This document shows positions 1-12,549 of a stretch of DNA of 64,000 nt, piece by piece; the stretch's first letter is position 1, and every line of letters begins with the position of its first letter. Source of the stretch: Balanoglossus misakiensis (taxonomy: Eukaryota; Animalia; Hemichordata); contig CM082578.2 in NCBI GenBank assembly GCA_040954595.2, positions 8,665,519-8,729,518 of the forward strand, given 5' to 3'. A program made the position numbers and the translations under genes. The notes beneath the pieces are model-generated. The model ran no database searches. It was not told the origin of the DNA and saw only the letters and a program-made list of their open reading frames with translations.

Positions 1-2247
1 CGTCGTAATCCACATAACTACTACGGCAGTAACTAGACGCATTCGGCCGCGCCTGCCACCATTCCTCTTACGTTATGCTGAGATATTTTAAGTTAAAACG
101 TTTGAAAAAGGGTAAAAAAAAAGACAAAACGACCCACCATTATTTGATACTCAAAGTTAATAATTCCTTGGTAGAATGAACAAACATGCATTTTCCACAG
201 CTGTCGCCATAGGAACCAGTCGGCATCACAGTTTGCATATAAAATCCATAGAAACGCATGGACGACTGCATTTCATCGCGATGTATCTCAGAAGTTTCCA
301 TGGTGACCATTCGTTTTTACATAACGTTGTTTGATATATGCCATTCTTTGGTTTTTGTAAATATCAAATAGAAGAATAGTAAAAAAAATGTCAAAAACAT
401 ATTTTTACAGAAAATGTTTGTCCACATCATCACGAGATAATTTCCAAAATGTATTTTTAAAATAAGTTTTTTTTTAAAGAAAGAAAGATGTGTAAAAGAT
501 TGGACATTATTTTCTGTCTTCAAGAATCCAGTTTTCAGCAGTCTTTGATCAGGTGCAAGAATGAACAGTAAAGAAGCTGGAACCAAGGTATATTGACTAC
601 AGCTGGCGCTGTTGCATCCAATTTTGTAACGCGGACAATTTCTCATTTTTTTGTGATCGCTTCCGACAAAAAATAAATATAATGCCTCCAAGTAAAACAA
701 TTTTAGTCACGATTCGACATCTGGGTTCGTTGTCAGAGAAGATGACATCATAAAATTACACAATCGTCGTTGTCAGATAAACAGGGCATTGTGGATTACC
801 TGCAGTTGGAAACAGTTAAATTAAAAAAATATGAAGATTTATTTTACAAGATCATAGAATGTCATATTTGCACCCTACAAATAAATGCCATCTTCTGTCC
901 AAGACTGGCGGAACTTAAAAAAAGCGGGATTCTTTTCAAACTGAGAGTTTTCAACCTTTTCTGATATTTTCTGAGCTATCATGTTTTAGTCACAACGTTT
1001 TGCAAGATTCCGTGTATGTGTCCATAAATTGTCTTTTAGGTGTGGGTATGATAAATACATGTAGACATCGGTTTCAGAAACGTTTTTTTTTCATAATTCG
1101 CCCAATCGACCGTACGCTGCGTTTATAGCGGACTTCAAGCTAATCATATGATCGTTTCTGGTATACCTATTTCCGCGCGCCGTTCAATAATATTAAATAT
1201 CTTGGTAAGTCACGGTACATCGATAAAAAGCGAAATTATTTAATTACACTTTAACACAAAGATTAATGCCATGAAAAGTTTTGTTAAATGGATCCACGCG
1301 CTTCTTTATGGGTATGATATTTTCCGATCATAGTATGCCAGAGAAATTCGGTTTATCGAAAAACAAACTTCTCTTTGATTCATGAACGAGAAAACAAACT
1401 TGTCCGAAGTTGGGTCAAGACTTCAATGTCCGATCGAAGGGTATCGTTATCCCTTTGTCCCACTCTATCAGCCCATAGACACTTGGGTCGAGTCTATGAT
1501 CAGCCGTCACCACATTTACAAGAAAGTATCTTAGGGACCTACGGAATAGCGACGACCGAACGACATATTTAGTCCCCTTGTTTCGTAACAAATAGTCAAA
1601 ATTAAATCAAACATAGAAATCATTTAAATTTATGGCGACATGGTCACATGGTTTTGGCTGTGTTCTTTCTAACAAGCCGGCCGGACAGAACAAACTTCAA
1701 AATGCTGAATAATTAGCAGTCGATGATTCTTCCTGTGATATTGAAATAAAATGACATCAGTCTAAATCTCTTCGCTTAGGTAACATATGGTTGAGATATA
1801 TGCGTAAGCTTTGTCGCAAGTCAGGGCGGAACTGTTCACTTTTCGATTTTAATGTCCCGCAGGACGGAACATTCCACTCAGTATATTAAAAAGAAAATTG
1901 GGATAAAATAAATACCCGGCCGCAGTTTTATTATTCCACTGAAAAATATGCGTTTGCAATGACAACAGGACTGGTTAGAGGACTACAATTGTGCACTGTT
2001 CGAATTATTTTATCAGCTTCGAAGCATTTAACAATAAACGGTGGCAAAACGCCGAGTAAAATGTTGTAAATGTGGCAGTGGTATTACGTGGATAACGATA
2101 ATCCGGCGGCCGTGTCACAGATTGCTCATTTGCATATACGGAGCTTCCAAATCACAGCGGTGTCAGTCGTCGTACTCTGTCACTGCGAACACCGGCCCGG
2201 TCTACTAGTCTCGTCCACTTTTCCACGTCCAGCGACCCACAGCCATC

Positions 2248-5200
2248 ATGAAGAGTTTGGTCAGACTCAAGTTGTTCTGCATCGACACCCACCGCGACAC
2301 GACCAAACTGCTGAAATTCTACCTGTTGGTTGCCATGACCGGGTTCCTGTGTGTCTTCATCGTCAAAGTTCATCGCAACCCCGAGTTGATCCGCTCGCTG
2401 GATACGCTGTCACTGCAGGACCCCGAGGACGACAACCAAATATGGCAGATGGATTTGGAAGAAATCATGAACGACATGGGTCTCCGGGCAACAACGGTGA
2501 GTGGGATATCGTCAATTGTACACATTCAAGTTATTCCTTTTTTCCGCATTTCACCATTTTTTCCCACTATTTGTAAAAGTATACAATTACATTTTTAATG
2601 AGACGTCATCATTTTGACATCATGAATATATACTAGTAGTAATCGACAGAGATTTACTTTTTGACTTTTGCTCTTCAGAAGACAAAACTTTCGGAGACAA
2701 GCAATGACTAATTGCGTTTAATGTGAATCCGCATCTGAATGGTTTATGGAGGCAAAAACAGAACCAGAATCACGCATCCACTGTTGGTAACATGTTGGCC
2801 TGACAGTACAGAATGTCATGTCAGACTGTCCAAAACGCACGTCGTGTGAGGCAAATAGTCGACTGTCAATTTCAGAGTATTTGTCATTTGAAATCATATG
2901 TTACAGAACTATTTCACTAAATCAGTACGGGGAAAAAGTTACTGGCACTTCTGTCTTGGTCTTTACCAACTTAACTATTCACGACATATTATGGGACAAT
3001 CATTTTAAGGGGTAGGGGAGGGCAGGGGGAAAACATTGTGTAGGAGACGATTACATGTTAACAGTAACCACAATCACACTCTCCGTTTGTAGACAGGTCG
3101 CACGCACGCACGCACGCACGTATGTATGTATGCTTACAATATCAAAACACGGAAGTTTCCTACATAATTACTGACGTGGAAAGAAACAAACAAACGGATC
3201 AACGGTTGGATGAAACATGGAGGCTAGGTATAAGGGAGAAGGATTCTCACTTATACTGCCATGTATGAATAAACCTTTGAACATTCAGACCCTACGGCCG
3301 GCCGAAGACTGGCAAAATAAACAGTGATATTATAGACTTTGCTGAAGGCAACTTATTTTTTAATATAAATGCTCATTTGCTGTTTCTTCCCGATCTTCAT
3401 CACTACTAAAGAGACTTACAGAAGAGTGTGTTTTCAAACTCTCGGGACTATAAAGGATATCAACTATACAACAATTCTGTAGCCCTTATTCACTTATTAT
3501 TTTAATTCTAAATACATCTTCAACATTTAAATTAGTATAATTTGTTAATACCGATACATATACAAACAGTTTTTTTTAAAAATAAGTACAACCTTCGATT
3601 TTGTTGGAACTGTCAAAAAGGTGGAAACGATCGAATCAAACAGGAAATGACGTTGATGGCTGCATGTTGCGTGCTTTGCAACGTGGATATGCAAAGTAAG
3701 TGACCAGCTGACGCGACATGATCTTTATATCGTTATAATACCAGACGTCATTGAACCCATTTCATTGATGTTAAATAAAAAAGAATGAATATTTAATCGT
3801 TATTATTCTAATTAATATTTGTTTCAACTCTGTCCAAACGGACACGATAATGCCTAAGGGTCAAGCGAATGGTCAAACCCTTGCCCAATCTTATTATTCT
3901 GTGTTCATGTTCAATTCTCCTACATAACATAGAAAAAATATCGATTTGCTAGATGTCAGTGGCAGTTAAATAGTTCCTGAGCTAAAATACTTCAGCAAAT
4001 TTCATAGGTCAACAAAAAGGCCAAGCTGTGGCGAATTTTCATACAGCTTTGAAAAGGAAATATTTAAATGTATCTATTCAACTGTTTTCAATACTGGTTT
4101 TAATATTTTTACGGTTGGATGAGTACCACGTGACCGACCTGAACATAAATGAACCTCATGAGGGAGTCAATTGACGGGAATTTCATAATTTATTTTTGCA
4201 AGAATAGACACAGACAGTGAGAATGAAGAGCTTCCTATTATCGGCCATCAAACACGTTCGACATAGAGGGAGCTGTGTACTTATTCAAATTTTGTCTTAC
4301 ATGTTTTGGACTGGATGCTAAACGTGGGAGGAGTTGCATACATTCAAATTTGAATATTTTTCAACTGATTCTCGCGTGGAAACCAGCATGACCTAAGAAA
4401 TGCTAAAAACGTAACAATTGGCGGTCCACAAATACACAGAAACCCACCAAGGATAACTTTTTGTTTACATCAACAAGACCCGCGTGCTGAGAGCGAAATC
4501 GTCAGCATCGCTAAAGGAGTTTTTCATTAACATCAAACCCATCAAACACAAATCTTCAAATAAAAATATCCAGATATACGACGAAAATAGAACTTTATAC
4601 AATTTATGTTATGGAAAGCTGTCGAAACAGAATTGATCACATTAGGGGACACGAGGGACTGGCGTGATTTTAATACCAAATGACGAGTTTGTGCCATGGA
4701 AACCATTGACCGATGTCACAGTGGAACGTTAACAGCAGTGCAAAGGATTAGGAGCCATTATTTGTACAAATGGAGCAACAGCCGCTTTACGATATACATT
4801 TCCTACAGAATGGTTTAGACAAAACTACTGTGTAGGACGCATTGTAATTATGTATGGATAACCATCCGCATTTAACAACAATGCTACAGATTATTAGCAA
4901 AGTAACATGCAACAATTTGTGTTAATGTTGTGATTAAAATACTTAAACTGACACAATGTTCATGAGGGGCATACATACATCTTAGGTACATATATTCATA
5001 CATCGAGTGTTATAGGCCCTATGTACATGAACCTCACTGACATAACACTTCATTGATACATGGGAAACATAAGATACTGTACTGAAACGTTCCTCTACGA
5101 CCCTTCTTCGGTATGGGTTAATTATGTTTCGCGTTTTACTATGTTTTATTTTTTCCGCCTAGCCCATCACCATTTACTTTGTGCGACTGGCAAAGCCTTG

Positions 5201-8200
5201 ATCTGGTGCTTCAGTTGGAGTTAACCTCGTTTTACCCTGTACGTGGTGACCTGATTTGAACACAAGGGGAAGTCAACTAGCAACTTCGGTACCCACCCTA
5301 CTGTATTTACGATGGGCTACCCAGGTTCATCGGGGTTACGACCCCGTTCTATCCTTCCGGTTTCCTCCTCCCTCCCCGGTGGTGTGGTCTGAAATGTCCT
5401 CTTTGTGTCCAAAAATTGTGGCCAGAGTGAAAGAAAAGAAACATTGAAAACCAAAAGAAAATTTTCGCCCGTCCGACCTACGTGATCCAATGAATGATAC
5501 CTGTGTTTTCTTTTCCACCTATAGCCACCTACAGACGAACTCTTTGACACGGGCGACAACATGATCACATTCACTTTCCCGCCACAATTTTCGACGGCCA
5601 TTCAAGACCAGGGGGACGGACCTTACCTTCTCACATCAAAGCCACCGGGCGATGACCTTCTGAAAATAGAAGATGATTTTGAGGACAATTTAGGACAGCC
5701 ACAAGAAGGGTTGCCCCCACTCTTTGCGGGTGAAGATGGGGAGGAGGAAGGAGGGGGATTAGAAAATTGGTTTGGCCAAACACAGGACGGGGAAACACCT
5801 GTTTCCCCAGACTTTATGGAAGAAGGTGGAGAGGGCTTGACAGAGGATGCCGACCTGGATTTGCTTACTAAGTGGATGGAGGGCGCTGAGATGGGTGCTG
5901 GAACCGAAGGAGAAGACGAATTTGATGAGTTTGGGTTTCCGAAAACCGAAGGAGATGAAGACGTTGACGAGTTTGGGTTTCCGAAAACCGAAGGAGATGA
6001 AGACGTTGACGAGTTTGGCTTTCCGAAAACCGAAGGAGATGAAGACGTTGACGAGTTTGGCTTTCCGAAAACCGAAGGAGATGAAGAAGTTGATGAGTTT
6101 GGGTTTCCGAAAACCGAAGGAGACGAAGAAGTTGATGAGTTTGGGTTTCCGAAAACAGAATTTCAAGAAGGCGGCGAGGGTGGTTGGGTGACAACCCCGG
6201 CCATTGAAGGCATGTTCACGGCAGATGAAATGAGGTTGACTTCAGCGTTTATTCCAACAGAAGCACCAGATCAAGGCTTGACAGGAGAGAATGTAGACGA
6301 TTTAGGGCTAGGGTTAGGGCTGGGACTGGAAGGGTCCCCGGCGCTTGAAAATCAGAGCCCCGCACAAAATGACGCGAACTTACCTCCGGGTCTTGATCTA
6401 GGTTTAGGGTTTGGACAAGAAGGGTCTCCACAGAATGACGTGTCTGTGGGTGTGCCTTATGAACTTAAAGATATTGTCATACCTTTACAGGGCGAGAAAA
6501 TTACGACATCTCAGCAATTACTGCCGTTCGGCCAACTCGAAGGAGGACCGAATCTTCCAGAGTTGCCGTTCGGCCAACTCGAAGAGGGACCGAAGCTTCC
6601 AGATGTGCCGTATGGCCACATCGAGGAGGGGCCGAGGCTTCCTGACCTCCCACTTGGAATGCCACAGGCAGTTCCCTACGTCACTCCGCCACAGGTAGCC
6701 CCTCTGCCAGAACGGTACGTCATGAAAGACGGCAAATTTGAGAATCTCGAAGAGGTGAACATGAGGTACCTGTTCCCCATGTTCCGTCTGGGCGTCGGAG
6801 GACCCAACTACCAGTACAACAGTCTCAAGACCGCGATAGGGTTCGCCATCAAGCACAACCGAGCCATTGTGTTGTCCCACTTCTTTCCTCACCACATGAG
6901 CAGCATCGGCGAGAGGATGCTGTTCAACGACACGTTCGACATCAGGAAACTGAGCGAGATCGTAGCCGTGGCCAGCGTGGAACAGTTCAAGAAAGACTGC
7001 GACAACAACGTCGGGGTGGCCGTCCACGGTCCCCCGAAACTGAAGGGCAAAAGCTCGCCGACAGATTATCAGAAGGTGTACGAGACTGTTCGGTTGAGAC
7101 TGGGCGTCATCTACGGCATCAAGTTCCCGGGAATGAGCTTCGTGCCCAAGACGGAAACCGAGAGCCTGACCAAAATCAGCGAATCCGATAAAAACAGGTG
7201 CCTTGGAATGTACTGGCCGCACAACGTAGCTACACTTCCAGTCCCCGTCTTCGAAGAGAGCAGGCTGAAACCCATCGACTTGCATCTGACAAGGGCAAAA
7301 CAGGTGCAGGCAATGGCAACAACGTTTGTGAATGCACTGTTCAAGGACTGTTCGTTTCTAGGAATCCATTGGAGCATGAATGACGACCTGAAGAAAATTT
7401 GGTAAGTCGGTATTCCTTTGACAAAATTATCTATTAGTTACCAGTATCGCGTATAGACACAGTCACCTCGCCTCTAATTTACATCTGATTTGTCCTCATG
7501 GTTAAAGAGACGTGTCCACTATTGACATACGTTTCATTTTGCAGGTGCGAAACTGTTGTGCCACCAGAAAGGCGACAACTCTGCAATGCAAGTCCACTTC
7601 CATCGCGTAATATCAGTAGCATTCTCATCAGTGTCATGGAAAAACACCAGCTGGACTGTATATATGCCGCATTTTCACCAGACACCATATTGGTAAGTGC
7701 TCATGTCCAGGGCCAATATATGAAACAACGGTCCCACATGACACAGCTGCAAGCCGGTCAAATCGGACCCCCTCCCCCATTTAAGAGAAGTTTAAACATA
7801 TTTTGAATGAATAACAATCCCTAATCTTGCAATTAGGTAGTGGGTCAAACACTATAGATACAACTTCATAATTGTGATGATCATTACACGTTGGTCAGAA
7901 ATTTTAATCTCGTTGTACCATACAAACTTATGTCCAATATGAATGCCATCAACAGGTGTTCTCATGGCATGGTATCGGCCGTGCGAGTTGTGACTAACGG
8001 CGATCTATGTTACTGTGCTTGATTGAAAATGGGTACGATTTCAATAATATACGGGGCATTACAAAACCAGAAAAGCAGAACCTTTTATATTGCCATGTTG
8101 TTTACTTTTATCTTGTACAAGAGCAATTAGTTGATAAAAATGTGAACAAACTCAAAGTATCAAAATAGTCGGTCGTTTAAAGAAATGTAAATAGCACCAC

Positions 8201-9658
8201 GATACACAGACTGTGGAGCTGTCAGATTGTCGATATATCACCATTACCCGTTTGTCCATAAGTCCATGTCATAACTTCTTTTTTTCTTTGAATTCAAGGC
8301 TCACATGAGAGACCTGTCTGTCAACATGAAGGGCATCAAGACCTTTGCCAATCTGTTCGAGCTCAACACGCCGTATGCAGCATTGCTCAAGACAGATGAA
8401 AATTTACTTTCCCTTGTAGAACAGGAGATATGCACACGTAAGTCGGCCAGTTTCCAATCCACTACATCATGTACTTTGAAGTTCCTACTACCCCACAACA
8501 GTTACACTTGACCTAGAATACTTATTATCCCCGACAGTCTTTGCATTTGTGATCAGAACATCAACACGGGGTTTATGTGAACACAACAGACACCGCAAGA
8601 AAATGGACGTTACTTCAGGATCGAAATCAATGAAGCAAAGAATAGTACATGCACCATCTGACATAGTGTATATGATTGCCACGAGCCACACCTAATATTT
8701 TTTTCATCAAGAACGTTCTGATTTATACTGTTTCTGTCGCTGTTATTCTACAACACATTTCATACATTTATTTCATTAACAGATCAATGAGGTGATTATT
8801 TAACGCAGTTGATATTTTTTTTTTTTTTTTTTTTTTACAGGGGCTAAGTTGTTCATTGGTGTTTCAAATTCATGGTGGACATATCATATAGCACGAGAAC
8901 GTACATCCATGGGACTCGACACACTCTATATTCATGACGTGGTGTCGCCCTCCGGCTCCGCCACGGGTTTACTCGAAAGCGGTCAAATACCGAAGCCGCC
9001 CGGGGGTCCACAGGTCCAGAAACCGGCCGCTCCCCAGGCCAAGCCTGCAGCGGGAGGCACGCAAAATAAAGGTGGTGCTCCTCCCAAGCCGGCGGGAGGC
9101 CAGGGGAAACCCCCCGCTGGTGGTGGTGGTGCAGGTGGCGGTGGGCAAAAGCCAGGGCAGCCGCAAGCAGGGCAGTGGAAACCGGGCGCCGGCGGAGGAG
9201 GAACCCAAAACCAGGGACAATGGAAACCAAGTGGAGGATCGCAGTGGAAGCCCCCTCAGCAGGGTAACGCTGGCAACCAGGGCGGACAGTGGAAACCACC
9301 TGCTGGTGGTCCTGGTGGCGGCGGCCAGTGGAAACCGCCAAGCGGAGGTCAGTGGAACCAGGGCGGCCAGCAGTGGAAACCTCCAAATGCAAACCAGGGC
9401 CAGTGGAAGCCACCTACTGGTGGCGGTGGTGGTGGCAAACCCGCTGCTGGTGGCAAACCCGCTGCTGGTGCAAACCAAGGCGGTCAATGGAAACCACCTG
9501 GTGGTGGTGGTGGTGGTGGTGGCCAAGCTCCCTCCGGTCAATGGCGCCCACCAAGCGGCGGCTCACCCAATCAGGGAGGCGGTCAATGGGGGCCAGGTGG
9601 ACAGTGGCCTGCTCAAAATAATCAGTGGAGACCGGGGGGTAATAATTGGCGATGGTGA
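2248..9658 (+). CDS. Type II membrane O-fucosyltransferase-like (POFUT/PF10250-type GT-B) protein, 5 exons, ~1076 aa
   Basis: Exons 2248-2496, 5525-7401, 7545-7692, 8299-8437 and 8841-9658 join in frame over GT-AG introns (phases 0,2,0,1). N-terminal hydrophobic anchor FYLLVAMTGFLCVFIV; RYL...GPNYQY...AI...NRAIVL; FLGIHW; spliced C-terminal motif SLVEQEICT|RAKLFIG..SWWT..I..ER matches the O-FucT EQxICxxAxxFIG...ER signature. Confidence 0.8.
5906..6157 (+). repeat. Coding tandem repeat, 6 x 42 bp (EGDE[D/E]VDEFGFPKT)
   Basis: Directly visible near-identical 42-nt units in exon 2; the first unit (EGEDEFDEFGFPKT) is the most diverged. Confidence 0.95.
6521..6658 (+). repeat. Degenerate coding repeat, ~3.3 x 14 aa (LPFGQLEEGPxLPD-like)
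   Basis: LPFGQLEGGPNLPE / LPFGQLEEGPKLPD / VPYGHIEEGPRLPD / LPLG. Confidence 0.85.
8978..9655 (+). repeat. Low-complexity Gly/Pro/Gln/Lys tail with 13 QW motifs (consensus GQWKPP)
   Basis: Translation of the last exon; no Asp or Glu after ...LLES. Confidence 0.9.
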
Positions 9659-12549
9659 TGGGATCTGGAAGATGGTGATATTTTGTAAGGATGGGTGTTC
9701 AGTTGGTTCACTTTATAGGACTTGTGTTTAGGCTGCAGGTGAAAACCAGGAATATGAACAATCTATTTCTATATAAATGGAGAAGTTGAGTGTGTGTACG
9801 TGAAAAAAAATTACACCCCTTTCTTGTTGTCTGTGTAACAATACCTTTGTTCGTTTTGTTTGGTCGTTTGGTTAGTTGCCCCTTTAATAGACTGTAAATC
9901 TTGCATGGCATTTTGGAAAGTGGTATCATTGACAATTGTTACCAGCGATCCACAAGCGTAGTTTTTACACAGTACATGTACATGTATAAGTGATCCAACA
10001 TTCCGTAGACTTTTTTGTTCCGTACAGACTACACCTTCTAGAGAGATATGAACTGAGCTGCCTTTTAATTCTACCTCTGATGAATTCCTATAACAATGAG
10101 CAAAACAGATGAACGTGTATACAAGTTCTTCATTCAATTTAATGGTTGCACAGACGGTCGTTTCTCAGCTTGCAAGTAAACATGTATATAGTGATGAAAT
10201 ACCATGCTAAATGCTATACGTTTGGAAGCAGACTCCCAAAATATTTAAAACTCATTTTTTCGAATATTCTTGTCGTTTTTTTGTCAAAATGTATCAGATA
10301 TCTTTCATTATGAACAATGTATTTGGAACTAGTTATCACAAACAGCTGCCGACACATTTTTTCGGAGAATCATCCGCTGTACATAACTCTTAGATAACTC
10401 CGTCAGGACTATCCCTAATCGTGGCCCAAACTGGGTTGAGGAAAATGTCGCAATGGTAAATGTCTAGAGGTAACTGTCTTGGTACCTCTTTATCCAGCAC
10501 CAGAACCACTCACTATCGTGTATTTCTGTCGGTTAACACTATCCCTATTGTGTGTTTCCGTACTGATGTACATTGTGATTTATGTAGCGAGGGATATGCA
10601 AGGGAAAGTGAATTTCACTCATAATAAAAAGACGACAATTGTGCAGTCGTTAACAAAGTCCAATATCTGATCTTTTCTCATTCAGCAGCAGAAAAAATGT
10701 AATTTTTGTCTCATTTTTGTTTAAAAGTCGTGTATTTTGAAGATAAACATTTAAATGAAGTGCAAATACTGATGTCTCACACAATCACATCAAGAAAAGT
10801 TACCATAAGGACGAACGAGAATTTTTTAACAATTGTGGTCGAATTGAGATTACCTCACCAAAGGTCATGTAGTGTTAATGAATTTTTCAAAATGCTGCAA
10901 TACATCTTCACCAGTCAAAATACCATCTGGATCGTGATTATGTGAACAATTCTTTCGAATCTTGTAAAACTGGAGCAGCAGGTTTGTAACATGTCTCCAA
11001 CCCCAGAACATTCCATCAAAACTAAGTATTGCTTATTTCTCGAGGAAAGTAACCATTTCATTTATTTAGTATATTACTATGAATGAGACACCCTTGAAGA
11101 TATAAAGGGGCGATCAATTGTTTCCCTTGAAAAGTTCTTTAGATTGATAAAATTTACAAGGGCATTGTAAATAACTAAACCCTTTCCTTTGATGGTGAAA
11201 ACATGCGAGAGGCCTGAGAGCCGATTTGTGATATTTAAGCTCAAAAACAATAAATCAAATAATTAAAATATTTGTTACTTGGTGGTGTGATTTTGTTGTT
11301 CTCATGGATAATGTAAGTTGGTATGGTAGACCCATCATATTCTGCAGCAGCACGTCACTATGCGAAATTGGTTAACATGAAAATTACACCAAGAAATAAA
11401 AAATAGTGTCAATTACACTGTGGCCCCCATTTCATCCAAATTAATACATGAAAAGGTGACACACATGCATGATACAGCTATTCTCTATCTCATTCAACCT
11501 TACACTTTTTGTAAGCTCACTCTTAACACATATACACACTCAAACCCAGACAAACACAAATTGAAGCAGTGTCATGATTATCCTTAAGTAATCTTTCAAA
11601 TTTATTATTTTTACAGCAAGGCTGGTATGGGCTGGTATGCAAATCCAAATAATACAAACTCTGGTAAACTTTTTTTTTCACAGTGAGTGAACATTTCTAA
11701 AGGAAATGTTTACCAGCATACTTATTACTAGCTGGAAGCATCATCACTTTCTTGACTTTTTCCTCTCAATATCTGGAGGTCTCATCGAAGTAACCAGTAA
11801 ACTTGGTGCAAGACCACCAATTAGACACAAAAAAAGAAATTCTGAAATTTCATATTCTCTGTTAAAGAAAAATATCAGTACTATTTGAAACTAACCGTAT
11901 TTACCTTATTTTTTTTAGTCAATACATTTTAATTACTGAGTAATCGCAATCAATTATTCACAGCAAGACCTAAATTCCTTGATCACCCCATGCTACTGCT
12001 GACCAGGCAAATCTGGAGGAAAAATTATGTTCTCTGCGCAAATGAAAAACCGAGGCCTCTGTACAACTTTTCTCCAAACATTTGCCCCTTCTTTCTAAAT
12101 GCAAAAATATAGTGTAGTACAGTTTCGCAGAGTAACATCAAGATATGCCCTAGAATGTCATGGTAATCACATGACACTTTTACAACCTATACATTATCAT
12201 GGCAGTTGAGTGGGACCACGCTACAATCAGGACTAATGAATTTCATCTGAGAGAGGGAATGGGAAGTGAAAACAGATATTGATAATCGTTCCCACGCCAA
12301 CCAGGTATTTCCCGTTTCCCATTACCTAGATACAAGAACCTTGATTAAACTTTATTTCGAAGTTGTGTGTAAAATGACTTGCAACTGATGACTTTTTTCT
12401 GGACAACAATCTCTATTGGCATTTTTAAAAAAATGCATCAAACAGCAGGGTTGTATTTGTACATTCTCTTTGCATTTAAACTTCATAAATACAGTGGAGC
12501 TTAGAGGATTATAAGCTAATCCCGATCCCTGTTGGTAAGTGGTTGGGAT

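Noticed and set aside
1-1600. Possible transposon-derived sequence and ORF 317-700
   Set aside because: No paired termini, TSD or recognisable protein.
5906-6157. CRISPR-like regular repeat
   Set aside because: No unique spacers; it is an in-frame coding tandem repeat in a eukaryotic exon.
9170-9655. GW/WG Argonaute-hook or C-mannosylation interpretation of the Trp repeats
   Set aside because: The motif is QW, spacing is not WxxW, and predicted topology places it in the lumen.
6518-9731. Long antisense and alternative-frame ORFs (6518-7285, 8853-9413, 8934-9731, 8969-9541)
   Set aside because: Shadows of GC-rich, repetitive coding exons; no independent motifs.
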